Notes: generated by a model not told the origin, from the sequence alone. A stretch of DNA of 64,000 nt from an uncultured candidatus Porisulfidus sp. (GCA_965204575.1 OZ241993.1:256001-320000), one strand, 5' to 3'. Shown: positions 7,272-17,117, counted from the stretch's first letter. Numbers and translations are program-made.

Positions 7272-10200
7272 ATGCCTTCGACCTTCCGTTTGCTGCTGAC
7301 ACGGCGGCTCGGCCCTTTCTTCTTCACCCAGCTGACCGGGGCCTACAACGACAACGTCTTCCGTAACGCGCTGGTCGTCCTGATCACCTACCGCATTACC
7401 GAACTGGCCGGATTCGGAAGCGAAGAACTGGTTGCCGCCTCCGCCGGGATCTTCCTGCTCCCTTTCCTGCTGTTCTCCGCCCTGGGCGGAAAACTGGCCG
7501 ATCACTTTCCGCGGCACCGGCTGATCCAGCACATCAAGCTCGCGGAATGCGCCCTGATGGCACTGACCTGGATCGGTTTTGCCACCGGGTCAGTCACCTT
7601 TCTGTTCGTCATCCTGTTCTTGACCGGACTGCAGTCCGCCCTGTTCGGTCCGGTGAAGTACGCCATCCTGCCGAACCTGCTGTCCCGGGCCGAACTGCTG
7701 GCCGGCAACGCCTGGATCGCGGTCGGCACGTTCATCTCCATCCTCGCCGGAAGCCTGACCGGAACTCTCGTAATGGGTGTTCCCGACGCCGCCCTGTGGG
7801 TGCCCGGCATCCTGGTGATCAGCGCCGGGGCCGGTTACCTGGCAAGCCACCGGATTCCGGCGCAGGTTCCCGCCGGCGCCGGTCTGCGGCTCTCGTTCGA
7901 GCCGTTCAGCGAAACCGCGCGGATCGTGCGAGAAGGCCTGAGCCAGCCTCGCCTGGCCTGGCTGATGCTCGCCATCAGCTGGTTCTGGATGATCGGGGTT
8001 GGCATGCTCGTTCAGTTGCCGCTGTTCGTCCGGGACGTGCTGGCCGGCAACGAGCAGGCATTGGCGGGCGCGCTTGCGATCTTCACCGTCGGCGTCGGGC
8101 TCGGTGCCCTGTTGTGCAACCGCTGGCTCGGCGGCACGGCGCGGGCGACCCTGGCACCCATATCCGCAGCGGCCTTGGGCGCCGGCTTCGTGTTGCTCAG
8201 CCTCGTTCCCCCGGCCGATGTTCCGCTTCGCGGATTCGCCGACCTGCTGGAGGACCCGCAGGCCGTAACCGCCCTCGGCATCCTGCTGGCGCTTGCCGTG
8301 GCGGGCGGTTTCTATGTTACGCCCCTGTACACCCTGGTGCAGCAGCGGGCGCCGGAGGACCGGCGCGCGCGGGTCATCGCCTGCAACAACATCCTCAATT
8401 CCATCTTCATGGCGCTGGCCTCGGCGACGTCCATCGTCATTTTCCAGTCCGGCGGCACGATCGTCACCGTGTGGCTGGCCATGGCCGCCACCGCTCTCCT
8501 GGCCGCACTGCTGTTGCTGCATTTCACGCAGGGCAGTTTCCGCCATGTCCTTTTGTGGCCGGTCGCGTCAGTCGTACTGATCACGGAAACGCCCCCGCCC
8601 GGTTCGCTGGTATTCGCCCGGCGTGGAAGCGCCTGGGTCGCCTGGGCGCTGGCTGCCACCATCCCCGGCAAACTTGAAATCCATGTTGCTCCCGCGCTGT
8701 TGCGCCGCGCGAGCCTGCGACTGCTCGCCTGCTGGGTCCGCCTGAAACCGCTGGACCCCGCGGCCCTGGACGACCAGTGGCCAGGCAATCAGGATGAACC
8801 CGCCCGCACCGTGCTGATCCTGCCGCCTTCCGGCCCCGAGGGCGAAGCTTCGCTGCTGGAATTGATGCAGACCGCCCGGGAGCGGTCCGGCCGCCCCGTC
8901 GAAGTCGCGTCCGTCAGTGACCCGGAACTCTACATGCCCCGCTTCTACCCGCGCATCCGGGTCGGGTTCGAAAACTGTCCGCTGCCGCCCCGCGCGGCCG
9001 ACGAGCCGGAAGCGCTCCGGCGCGATGCCCTCAAGATCTACGACCTGCTGTGTGAACTGGAATACCGGATGCACTGCCAGGAATGCACGGCATTGCAGTC
9101 CTTGTACGGTGCAGCCCGAAGGTTCGGGGCTGGCTATCCGATCCTGGCCGATCTGGAGCGGACCCTGACGTACCGGCAACTGCTCCAGGCGACCCACGCC
9201 GTCGCCCAGCTGCTTGAGCGGGCCCTGCCGAAGGCACAGGATACGGTCGGCATCCTGCTGCCGAACGCGACCGCCACGCCGATCACTTTTTTCGCCATGC
9301 ACGCGCTTCACCGCATCCCGGTCATGCTCAACTACACCGCCGGGCCAGCCAATGTCGCCAGTGCCTGCCGCACGGCCGGACTGACCCACGTCGTGACTTC
9401 CCGCCGGTTCGTCGAGAAGGCCGACCTTGGAGGCTTGACCGACGCCCTGGCCGGAGACTACGCCCTGCTGTGGCTGGAGGATCTGAGGCCGCAACTGAGC
9501 CTCGGCATGAAACTCAAGGCCGCCTGGCGCGCCATGCGGCCGCCCCCGAAAGGTGATCCCTCGGACCCCGCCGTAGTGCTGTTCACCTCCGGGTCGGAAG
9601 GCGAACCCAAAGGCGTCGTGCTGAGCCACCGAAACCTGCAGCGCAACCGTTGCCAGGTCCGCGCGGTGCTGAACCTGACTCCCCAGGACCACCTGCTGCT
9701 GTGCCTCCCCACCTTTCACTCGTTCGCCTTGGGCGTTGGCCTGCTGCTGCCGTTGATGGCCGGGCTGCGCTGCACCCTGTACCCCAGCCCCCTCCACTAC
9801 AAGCAGATCCCCGAACTGATCCGAAAGCACGATATCACCGTGTTCTTCTCCACCGACACGTTCCTGAACGGCTACGGGCAGGCGGCAAGCCCGGAAGACC
9901 TGCAAAGCCTGCGCTTGATCGTGGCCGGCGCCGAACCGCTCAAGCCGGGCACCCGGAAATTCTGGCAGGACCGTTTCGGTCTGACCGTCCACGAGGGCTA
10001 CGGCGTGACCGAAACCTCACCCGCGGTCAGTGCCAACACGTTTGCGTGCAACCGACCGGGCTCGGTCGGCCGCCTGATGCCGGATATCGAAGCGCGCCTG
10101 GAACCGCTGGACGACTCCCAGGACACCATCGACACCACCCGCGGGCGATTGTTTCTGCGCGGCCCGAACGTGATGTCCGGCTACTGGATGCCGGGGGAAA

Positions 10201-10607
10201 GCCGGCTATTGACCCCTCCGGAGGACGGCTGGCACGATACCGGCGACGTTGCCGAATTCGACGATGACGGATTCCTGAGCCTGCATGGCCGAGCCAAGCG
10301 GTTCGCCAAGATCGGAGGCGAGATGGTGTCGCTCGCCTACGTAGAGCAGCAGGTCAGCGAAGTCTGGCCGGAATACCGTCACATCGTCTGCGCCGTCAAC
10401 CACCCCACCCGAGGAGAGCAATTGGTCCTCATTACTGAGCATCCCGAGCCGGACCGGGGTCGGTTGAGACAGGCCCTGGGGGAACGGGGAGTGGGAGAGC
10501 TGGCGCGGCCCCGGCTGGTTTTGCCGGTCGAGGTTCTGCCGCTGCTTGGCAGCGGCAAACCGGACTTGCGGAAAGCACAGGAACTGGCGCTCTCGGTGCT
10601 ACACTAG
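7272..10607 (+). CDS. aas: LplT-like MFS transporter fused to Aas-like acyl-ACP synthetase (middle acyltransferase domain degenerate)
   Basis: N-terminal GAYNDNVFR...FGPVKYAILP MFS motifs; AMP-binding LFTSGSEGEPKGV, EGYGVTE, WHDTGD, LGSGKPD. Confidence 0.88.
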   Translation: MPSTFRLLLTRRLGPFFFTQLTGAYNDNVFRNALVVLITYRITELAGFGSEELVAASAGIFLLPFLLFSALGGKLADHFPRHRLIQHIKLAECALMALTWIGFATGSVTFLFVILFLTGLQSALFGPVKYAILPNLLSRAELLAGNAWIAVGTFISILAGSLTGTLVMGVPDAALWVPGILVISAGAGYLASHRIPAQVPAGAGLRLSFEPFSETARIVREGLSQPRLAWLMLAISWFWMIGVGMLVQLPLFVRDVLAGNEQALAGALAIFTVGVGLGALLCNRWLGGTARATLAPISAAALGAGFVLLSLVPPADVPLRGFADLLEDPQAVTALGILLALAVAGGFYVTPLYTLVQQRAPEDRRARVIACNNILNSIFMALASATSIVIFQSGGTIVTVWLAMAATALLAALLLLHFTQGSFRHVLLWPVASVVLITETPPPGSLVFARRGSAWVAWALAATIPGKLEIHVAPALLRRASLRLLACWVRLKPLDPAALDDQWPGNQDEPARTVLILPPSGPEGEASLLELMQTARERSGRPVEVASVSDPELYMPRFYPRIRVGFENCPLPPRAADEPEALRRDALKIYDLLCELEYRMHCQECTALQSLYGAARRFGAGYPILADLERTLTYRQLLQATHAVAQLLERALPKAQDTVGILLPNATATPITFFAMHALHRIPVMLNYTAGPANVASACRTAGLTHVVTSRRFVEKADLGGLTDALAGDYALLWLEDLRPQLSLGMKLKAAWRAMRPPPKGDPSDPAVVLFTSGSEGEPKGVVLSHRNLQRNRCQVRAVLNLTPQDHLLLCLPTFHSFALGVGLLLPLMAGLRCTLYPSPLHYKQIPELIRKHDITVFFSTDTFLNGYGQAASPEDLQSLRLIVAGAEPLKPGTRKFWQDRFGLTVHEGYGVTETSPAVSANTFACNRPGSVGRLMPDIEARLEPLDDSQDTIDTTRGRLFLRGPNVMSGYWMPGESRLLTPPEDGWHDTGDVAEFDDDGFLSLHGRAKRFAKIGGEMVSLAYVEQQVSEVWPEYRHIVCAVNHPTRGEQLVLITEHPEPDRGRLRQALGERGVGELARPRLVLPVEVLPLLGSGKPDLRKAQELALSVLH

Positions 10608-10770
10608 CTTTGGGGCTCATATACAATAATCCGCAAGCAGACCTTGTATATCCATTGACAGATCATCGGGGTCGCTTGACCGAACCGCGCCCGAAGGCCC
10701 GGCTCGGACAGCGGCGAACGCCCCTCCCTGTCCAGCCGCGCCAGTCCCCAACGCCAGTATGTTGAACGCG
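10592..10770 (-). ncRNA. Predicted omegaRNA of element 2 (boundaries approximate)
   Basis: Minus-strand hairpins CCGAGCCG-GGCC-TTCG-GGC-GCGGTTCGG (cUUCGg loop) and ATATACAA-GGTCTG-CTTG-CGGATT-A-TTGTATAT (gCUUGc loop). Confidence 0.5.
10604..10611 (+). repeat. Left 8-bp TSD of element 2 (CTAGCTTT)
   Basis: 7/8 match to CTAGTTTT at 12031-12038. Confidence 0.65.
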
Positions 10771-12030
10771 GCATTGATGTCCGCGTTCCCCGCGTATCCG
10801 CAGGATACGCATTCGAATCTCTCTCGCCGACGGTTCGCCTCCGCTACATGCCCGCATCGGTGGCAACGCTGGCTCGTGTACGCCGGGTCGACCGTCTCCA
10901 TCCGGTACGCCTTGTAGCCTAGCATGAAGCGCAACCGGCCCCAGCCGCTTTCCGCAATGCCTCGGTTCAGGGCGGATTTCGCGTTGATATGCTTGCCCGG
11001 CTTCTCCACCGTGCCCTTGGCCGACTTCATCATGTTCCTGATCTTCAGACCCTCCACGCAGACCGTCCCGAACCGGTTCGCCAAGTCGTGGCTGACATGG
11101 TGCCGCCAGTTGTCCCGGATGTAGGCGATCCTCCGGTACAGTTTCGCCACGATCTTTCGTTCCTTCTCGCGACGGTGCGAATTCACCTGGATGGTTTTAC
11201 CTTGTCTGGTTAGCCTAGGCTCTCCATCCGCGTCCAAAAGGGGCACCCGTTGGCGGCGGTCCATCTTTCGCTTATGCCGTTTCAGTTTTGTTTCAAGATC
11301 GGAGACGTCCGGCATGAAAATTCGGTCGGGCTCCGTGGTGGCCACGTTCCACTTCCCCATGTCCAGCCCGACCGCCTCGCCGTTGTCCTCCGGTTTCGTA
11401 TCCGGTACTTCCCAGAACACCGACACATACCACTTCCCGTTCGGAGGCTTGACCACCACGGCCTGTTTTGCCTCGCCGTAAGCCCATGGATCACCACCCT
11501 GACGGTGGATCGGCACCCAACCCACCTTGGTCACGTAGAGTTTGCCGTCCGCGATCCGCACGTTCTGCGGAATCGTGAACGAGTCGCCGTCTTCCTTGTG
11601 CTTGAACCTCGGAAAGCTACACTTGCCCTTCCTGGCTTCCTTCATGGCATCCGCATACCGTTTCAGCACATACCGCACTTCCGCATACGGCAACTCCCTC
11701 AGCCATTCGTGGCCTTCGCCGTTGCGCAGCCTCGTGAATGCCAGGCCCAGGGTGAAGAAAGTCGGCGAAGGCTTTTCGCCTTTCCCTTCTTTATAGGCTT
11801 TCATCGCATCCCGGTTCCGTCCAATGGCCCAGTTCCAGACGTAGCGGTTCGCCCCGGCGATGCCGGACAATAACTGAGCCCGGCGCAAGGTGCCGGGATA
11901 CAGGCGATAGACGGACGAACGGATCATGCAGGGATTATGCCATGCCGGAAACCGACCTGCTAAAGATGGGATAAGATATTGAATATATACGGATTATCAT
12001 GAGTCTTTCGGATTATCGTATACAATTCCA
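10612..12030 (-). mobile_element. Non-autonomous tnpB element 2 with terminal inverted repeats and near-perfect 8-bp TSD
   Basis: GGGGCTCATATACAATAATCCGCAAG (10612-10637) vs reverse complement of 12005-12030, TGGAATTGTATACGATAATCCGAAAG; inner 18 bp 16/18 identical; TSD 7/8. Confidence 0.72.
10617..11927 (-). CDS. tnpB: RNA-guided endonuclease TnpB (436 aa)
   Basis: YRLYP...NRYVWN; RuvC motifs GLDMG, CVEGL, NADINAAFNI; zinc finger CHRCG...CVSCG. Confidence 0.93.
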   Translation of the reverse strand: MIRSSVYRLYPGTLRRAQLLSGIAGANRYVWNWAIGRNRDAMKAYKEGKGEKPSPTFFTLGLAFTRLRNGEGHEWLRELPYAEVRYVLKRYADAMKEARKGKCSFPRFKHKEDGDSFTIPQNVRIADGKLYVTKVGWVPIHRQGGDPWAYGEAKQAVVVKPPNGKWYVSVFWEVPDTKPEDNGEAVGLDMGKWNVATTEPDRIFMPDVSDLETKLKRHKRKMDRRQRVPLLDADGEPRLTRQGKTIQVNSHRREKERKIVAKLYRRIAYIRDNWRHHVSHDLANRFGTVCVEGLKIRNMMKSAKGTVEKPGKHINAKSALNRGIAESGWGRLRFMLGYKAYRMETVDPAYTSQRCHRCGHVAEANRRRERFECVSCGYAGNADINAAFNILALGTGAAGQGGAFAAVRAGPSGAVRSSDPDDLSMDIQGLLADYCI

Positions 12031-12091
12031 CTAGTTTTCGAGATATAACGGTGAATACCCGCTCCTTTGGAACACCAATTGGGAGGTGCGG

Positions 12092-13603
12092 ATGCGAGAC
12101 ATAACACCAGTTCCCATGGATCTACTGCTGACCGCAGTGGACGTGCTGGCTTCGCTCTTGCTGTTCGGCATCGGGATCCTGATCCTGTTCGCGATGGTGC
12201 TCTACATCGTCGACGTCACGCAAACCCGCCACGCGGTGCGCCGCAACTATCCCGTCATCGGCCGCTTCCGGTACTGGTTCGAGCATCTGGGCGAATTCTT
12301 CCGCCAGTACTTCTTCGCCATGGACCGCGAGGAGATGCCGTTCAACCGGGCGCAGCGCTCCTGGATCTACCGCGCCAGCAAGAACCTCAGCAACACCCTG
12401 CCCTTCGGCTCCACCCGCGACCTGACGCGCCCCGGCACCGTTCTGTTCGTCAATGACCCTTACCCTGACCTCGACCAGAAGGACGTTGATCCTCCATTGC
12501 TGACCATCGGCCCGGGAACCCTGGAGCCTTACGCCACGGAACATTTCTTCCACATCTCGGCCATGAGCTACGGCGCCATCTCGAACGTCGCCGTTCAAGC
12601 GCTGTCGCACGGTGCGGCCAAGGCGGGATGCTGGCTCAATACCGGCGAGGGCGGGCTGTCGCCCTACCACCTGGAGGGAGACTGCGACCTGGTGTTCCAG
12701 ATCGGCACCGCCAACTACGGCGTGCGCGACGAGCACGGCAACTTCTCGGAGACACGTCTGCAGGAATTGGCCGAAATCCCGCAAATACGCATGTTCGAGA
12801 TCAAACTCTCGCAGGGTGCCAAGCCTGGCATGGGCGGGATCCTGCCGGGTGTCAAGGTGACCGAGGAAATCGCCCGCATCCGCGGCATTCCGGCCGGAAA
12901 GGCATCACTCAGCCCGCGGCGGCATCCCGGCATCGGCAACACTTCCGATTTGCTGGACAGGATTGCCCGGACCCGCGACCTGACCGGTAAGCCGGTCGGC
13001 TTCAAGACCGTGATCGGCTCCGAACAGATGCTGGATGACTGGCTGGATGAAATCCTGCGCCGCGGTCCCGAGTTCGCCCCGGACTTCATCACCGTCGATG
13101 GCTGCGATGGCGGCAGCGGTGCCGCCCCCATGCCGTTGCTCGACGCCGTCGGGCTGCCGCTGCGCGAAAGCCTGCCGATGGTGGTCGACCGCCTGGAGCA
13201 GGGGGGCCTTCGCGACCGCGTCCGCGTGATCGCGTCCGGCAAGCAGGTCAATCCGTCCGATGTGGCCTGGGCGCTGTGTCTGGGAGCGGATTTCGTCTGC
13301 TCGGCACGTGCGTTCATGTTCGCGCTCGGCTGCATCCAGGCCATGCAGTGCAACCGCAATACCTGCCCGACCGGCGTCACCACGCACAATCCCCGCCTGC
13401 AGCAGGGGTTGAATCCGAAGAACAAGGCCGTCCGGGTCGCGCACCTGGCCCGCAACATGGAGACGGAAGTCGCCATGATCGCGCACTCCTGCGGCGTGGC
13501 TCACCCGCGTGCGCTGAACCGCACCCACGCGCGCATCGTGCAACCCAACGGCCTGAGCATCTCGCTGCACAAGCTTTACCCGATGCCCGTCCGAACCGCC
13601 TGA
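12092..13603 (+). CDS. FMN-binding glutamate synthase family protein
   Basis: ISAMSYGA, NTGEGG, EIKLSQGAKPG, GCIQAMQCNRNTCPTGVTT; GGAGG RBS before ATG 12092. Confidence 0.9.
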   Translation: MRDITPVPMDLLLTAVDVLASLLLFGIGILILFAMVLYIVDVTQTRHAVRRNYPVIGRFRYWFEHLGEFFRQYFFAMDREEMPFNRAQRSWIYRASKNLSNTLPFGSTRDLTRPGTVLFVNDPYPDLDQKDVDPPLLTIGPGTLEPYATEHFFHISAMSYGAISNVAVQALSHGAAKAGCWLNTGEGGLSPYHLEGDCDLVFQIGTANYGVRDEHGNFSETRLQELAEIPQIRMFEIKLSQGAKPGMGGILPGVKVTEEIARIRGIPAGKASLSPRRHPGIGNTSDLLDRIARTRDLTGKPVGFKTVIGSEQMLDDWLDEILRRGPEFAPDFITVDGCDGGSGAAPMPLLDAVGLPLRESLPMVVDRLEQGGLRDRVRVIASGKQVNPSDVAWALCLGADFVCSARAFMFALGCIQAMQCNRNTCPTGVTTHNPRLQQGLNPKNKAVRVAHLARNMETEVAMIAHSCGVAHPRALNRTHARIVQPNGLSISLHKLYPMPVRTA

Positions 13604-13610
13604 GCCTGCC

Positions 13611-14855
13611 ATGGACCTAGTGATTTCGATTTCGAGCCTCGCGGGCCTGCTGCTTCTGGGCCTGGTGCTGAAGCCTCTCTTCAGCCACCTGAGGTTCCCG
13701 TTCGAGGCACTGCTGCTGCTTCTGGGCTTCGCCTTCAGCAGCCTGATTATCGATGCCGACGAACTGGGCCTGCACGGCGGGATCTTGCGCGATCTGGTCT
13801 TCTACGTATTCCTCCCGGTCCTGATTTTTTCCGCCGCCTACAGCATGGACGTGCCGAGATTCGGGCGGAACCTGTTCGGCATCATCCTGCTAGCGTTGCC
13901 GCTGGCGCTCATCTCCCTGGCGTTCAGCACCGTACTGATTTACTACGGCATGGGCCATCCGGCCGGGTTCCCGTGGATCGCCGCTCTCCTGACCGGCACC
14001 ATGCTGATTGCCACCCAGAGCCAAACGCTCCACCAGGTATTCACGCATCTGAACCTTCCTCCGGACCTGCGTACGCTGATCCGGGGCGAGGGCCTGCTGA
14101 ACAACGCATTCGCCATCGTGCTGTTCACCCTCCTGCTGGCTTTCGCGCTGGAACCCGACCTGACTCTCGGACCCAGAGAGATCGCGCTGTACATCGTCTG
14201 GGAAGTGGTCGGCGGCGCCATCATCGGGGTGACGATCGGTTTTTTCTCCCTGATCTTCCTGCGGGTGCGCCAGCCTTCCCCGCACGAGGTGGCCCTGTTC
14301 ACCTTGGTGACCGCCTATATGGCCTACCTGGTCGCGGACTACGTGCTCAATGTGTCCGGAGTCCTGTCCGTGCTGGCGGCGGCGCTGATCATGGGCCGCA
14401 CCATGCACCAGGACCTGGACGCCCCCCAGGATCACTTCGTGGACGAGTTCTGGCGCCTCATGGCCACCTTGGCCGAATCCATGCTGTTCCTGATGCTCGG
14501 GCTGAGCATCTCGGTCGACATGTTCTCCGACCGCTACCTGGCCATCCTGATCGGCATCGGCGCGGTCATCCTGGCCCGCATTGCCGGGTTAACCCTTGTC
14601 ATGCCGTTGCTGACCCGGACCAACAAGGCGCTGAAGAAACTGCCGGATCACAACATCCTGTATTTCAGCAGTACCCGTGGTGCCGTCACCGTGGGGCTGG
14701 CGCTGAGCGTTCCGATCGCGCTCGACTACTGGTGGACGATTGAATCCATCGGCTTCGGGGTGGTGCTGTTCTCAGTATTAGTCCAAGTGCCCCTTCTGGA
14801 ACTCTGGAGGCAGAAAAAACTGAAGAGAAAGGAAGAGATTACAGAGCCTGATTGA
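13611..14855 (+). CDS. CPA1-family Na+/H+ antiporter
   Basis: About 12 TM segments; VFLPVLIFSAA, GEGLLNNA, VSGVLSV, TRGAVTVGLALS. Confidence 0.85.
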   Translation: MDLVISISSLAGLLLLGLVLKPLFSHLRFPFEALLLLLGFAFSSLIIDADELGLHGGILRDLVFYVFLPVLIFSAAYSMDVPRFGRNLFGIILLALPLALISLAFSTVLIYYGMGHPAGFPWIAALLTGTMLIATQSQTLHQVFTHLNLPPDLRTLIRGEGLLNNAFAIVLFTLLLAFALEPDLTLGPREIALYIVWEVVGGAIIGVTIGFFSLIFLRVRQPSPHEVALFTLVTAYMAYLVADYVLNVSGVLSVLAAALIMGRTMHQDLDAPQDHFVDEFWRLMATLAESMLFLMLGLSISVDMFSDRYLAILIGIGAVILARIAGLTLVMPLLTRTNKALKKLPDHNILYFSSTRGAVTVGLALSVPIALDYWWTIESIGFGVVLFSVLVQVPLLELWRQKKLKRKEEITEPD

Positions 14856-14912
14856 ACCTCGGGTGAAGTTATAACTCTCCGCGTGAACTGGGGTTTCTTC
14901 GAATGGATTCCC

Positions 14913-15614
14913 TCATGATAGAGGCCGCCAATCTTCCTCGCCATATACCAACCAGGAATCGACCCGACTTCCATCCCACCGATAACACACGTGTCGCCCC
15001 TGGACGGGAATACCGACTACATCGGGCCAGAATGCGGCAACCGCTTCGCCAGCAGGATAACGCACGCTTGGATAGACAATGCCATCGCTGGCGTGGCCGT
15101 GCCGCAATTCACGGGCCAGCGATTGCGCAGCAGTGCAATCATCTGCGTCCAAAGCAGATTTGAAAGCTTCCGCGCCACGCAAATCGTGTAGTTCCGCATC
15201 CACACTCCCGACCAACTCTCGGTAGTCCGCCGTGGACGGACCTTCGTCTGTTGACAACATGAAACGTTCGAAATGAAACACCGACTCTGCCAACGCCACC
15301 TCGAAACAATCGCCCACGTAACATACGCCATAACGTCCATCGCTGAACCGGCTTGGCCGGTCACTTGAGACGTGGCAGAACGGAGCCATCGCCCAACTCG
15401 CACCGGGTCCCGAAACGCGCCGTTCCGGAGGAATCAAGAGAATCGCGCCAACCTTCTCACGTACCCGTGGGTTGGTCTTGGATTCCGCATTGGCGATCAA
15501 CTCCCAATCGGCAGGGTCAGCAATGTCCTCGAACAAATCAATCGGCGGGTAGATTGATCGAATGAGGCGGTATGTCCGCGGCCAAGCAACCCGACTGACA
15601 GGCGGAATCATCAT
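14913..15614 (-). CDS. RES-domain toxin (NAD+ phosphorylase-like)
   Basis: RLIRSIYPPIDLFE, SRFSDGRYGV, GIVYPSVR. Confidence 0.88.
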   Translation of the reverse strand: MMIPPVSRVAWPRTYRLIRSIYPPIDLFEDIADPADWELIANAESKTNPRVREKVGAILLIPPERRVSGPGASWAMAPFCHVSSDRPSRFSDGRYGVCYVGDCFEVALAESVFHFERFMLSTDEGPSTADYRELVGSVDAELHDLRGAEAFKSALDADDCTAAQSLARELRHGHASDGIVYPSVRYPAGEAVAAFWPDVVGIPVQGRHVCYRWDGSRVDSWLVYGEEDWRPLS

Positions 15615-16027
15615 CCCCCACGCTCAGCATCAAGATAAGTACGAACTGCCTCTAAATCAGAAATGGACCCAGCCAGCAAGCGGCTTAGTGCAGGTTGGCC
15701 CGCAAACACCCGGTTCGGCTTGCGCAGCCAATCGTAGGCACGCGCCGGCTCGGAAAACATGTAGCGCAGGCTCTTGTGGATGCCCATCAGCATGGACAGG
15801 CGATCGCGAACGTCTCGTGATATACGCGACAGGTCAACCTGCCCGGCTTTCCAACGGGCATAGGTTCGTGCCGCCGGGTCACCCAGCAGAATGCGTCCTT
15901 CCCGGTCATTCAACTTCCAGGATTTCATCAGATTGAAAAAAGCGCGCAGCATGGCGCCCGTTTCCGCGTCGCTAATGCTGGCAGACACGGGATGCGTGTC
16001 ATGCAGGGCACGAGAATATTTTGCCAT
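15611..16027 (-). CDS. Xre/MbcA/ParS antitoxin
   Basis: RLSMLMGIHKSLRYMF...WLRKPNRVF...VRTYLDAERGG; 4-bp overlap with the RES gene. Confidence 0.88.
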   Translation of the reverse strand: MAKYSRALHDTHPVSASISDAETGAMLRAFFNLMKSWKLNDREGRILLGDPAARTYARWKAGQVDLSRISRDVRDRLSMLMGIHKSLRYMFSEPARAYDWLRKPNRVFAGQPALSRLLAGSISDLEAVRTYLDAERGG

Positions 16028-16114
16028 GCAGCATATTATAAACTATTTTTTGCCATATGGAGAATTTGCGGGGCGCCATTATTTCGTATTTCGATATGCG
16101 ATATAATGCGCAGA

Positions 16115-16393
16115 GTGATTCGGAGTTTCCGCTGCAAAGACACGGAGCAACTTGCCAACGGCTATCAGGTACGGCGTTTCGCCGACTTTGAGCAAATTGC
16201 CCGACGTAAGCTTGCTCAACTGGATGCGGCCGCAACACTGGACTTCCTGCGGGCACCGCCTGGCAACCGTCTTGAGGTGTTGCGGGGCGGCCGCAAGGGC
16301 TTTTACAGCATCCGAATCAACAACCGGTGGCGGCTTTGTTTCCGCTTCGTCGACGGAGACGCTTACGACGTTGAGATCATCGACTACCACTGA
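16115..16393 (+). CDS. higB: HigB (RelE-family) toxin
   Basis: (M)IRSFRCKDTE...PPGNRLEVLRG...YSIRINNRWRLCF...VEIIDYH; GTG lies 7 nt after TATAAT (16102-16107), probably leaderless. Confidence 0.88.
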   Translation: MIRSFRCKDTEQLANGYQVRRFADFEQIARRKLAQLDAAATLDFLRAPPGNRLEVLRGGRKGFYSIRINNRWRLCFRFVDGDAYDVEIIDYH

Positions 16394-16415
16394 TGCCATT
16401 TGGAGAGACATTGAC

Positions 16416-16709
16416 ATGACCAGACTGAAACCGATTCACCCAGGCGAAATCCTGAAGTGCGACTTCATGAAGCCTCTCGATTTATCCGCCACGGCACTCG
16501 CGAAAGCGGTCGGCGTGACACCGGCACGAATCAGCGAGATTGTCCGCGGCCGTCGCGGTATCACCGCCGAGACCGCGTTACGCCTAGCAAAGTACTTCAA
16601 CACCGACGCCCGGAGTTGGATGAACCTTCAGAATCTCTACGAACTCGAGTGTGCGGCGCGGGACAAGGCCGAAGCCCTGCGTGCCATCCGTACTCGAAAA
16701 GTGGCATAA
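16416..16709 (+). CDS. higA: HigA antitoxin
   Basis: PIHPGEIL...GITAETALRLAKYF...WMNLQ. Confidence 0.9.
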   Translation: MTRLKPIHPGEILKCDFMKPLDLSATALAKAVGVTPARISEIVRGRRGITAETALRLAKYFNTDARSWMNLQNLYELECAARDKAEALRAIRTRKVA

Positions 16710-16755
16710 CCTGAATGTCTGGTCTGCTTCCTACGGTCCAGTGACGGAATGGACT

Positions 16756-17022
16756 TTACGATCTGCGGCCGGTCAAGATAGTGAGAGTTCCCAGATGTTT
16801 TGGGCCTGTGCAATTCTGCCGTGTCGGCAAGCTTCTGAGCAGATTCGGGAGACAAATCCTTATCCGCTCCCACAGGGCCTCGACAGAACTGATTAGCATG
16901 GCCTGATTGACGGCTTGATCGACAAATCGAGACAAGTCGTTCTCCCCACCCTGCATCTGGTCAAGATATTTTCGGACGTTCTGGTCGGTCTCTTCCGGGA
17001 TATCAAGAGTCCAACGAATCAC
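16756..17022 (-). pseudogene. Ribbon-helix-helix antitoxin-like gene (XACb0070-like) with probable 1-nt frameshift
   Basis: AGGAGG RBS, GTG 17022; IRWTLDIPEETDQNVRKYL...DLSRFVDQAV; expected tail NKDLSPESAQKLAD lies in another frame from about 16862. Confidence 0.55.
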
Positions 17023-17117
17023 GGCGAGCCTCCTAGAGTTCTGCACCTAGATTGACTGCCGTAATTTTATCGTGCCGCCGCCAGGCGCTTCATGTCACAC
17101 ACTTTTCCGGGAACGCC

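Noticed and set aside
5481-12060. tnpA or a DDE transposase for the tnpB elements
   Set aside because: No HUH/Y1, serine recombinase or DDE ORF is visible anywhere in the window
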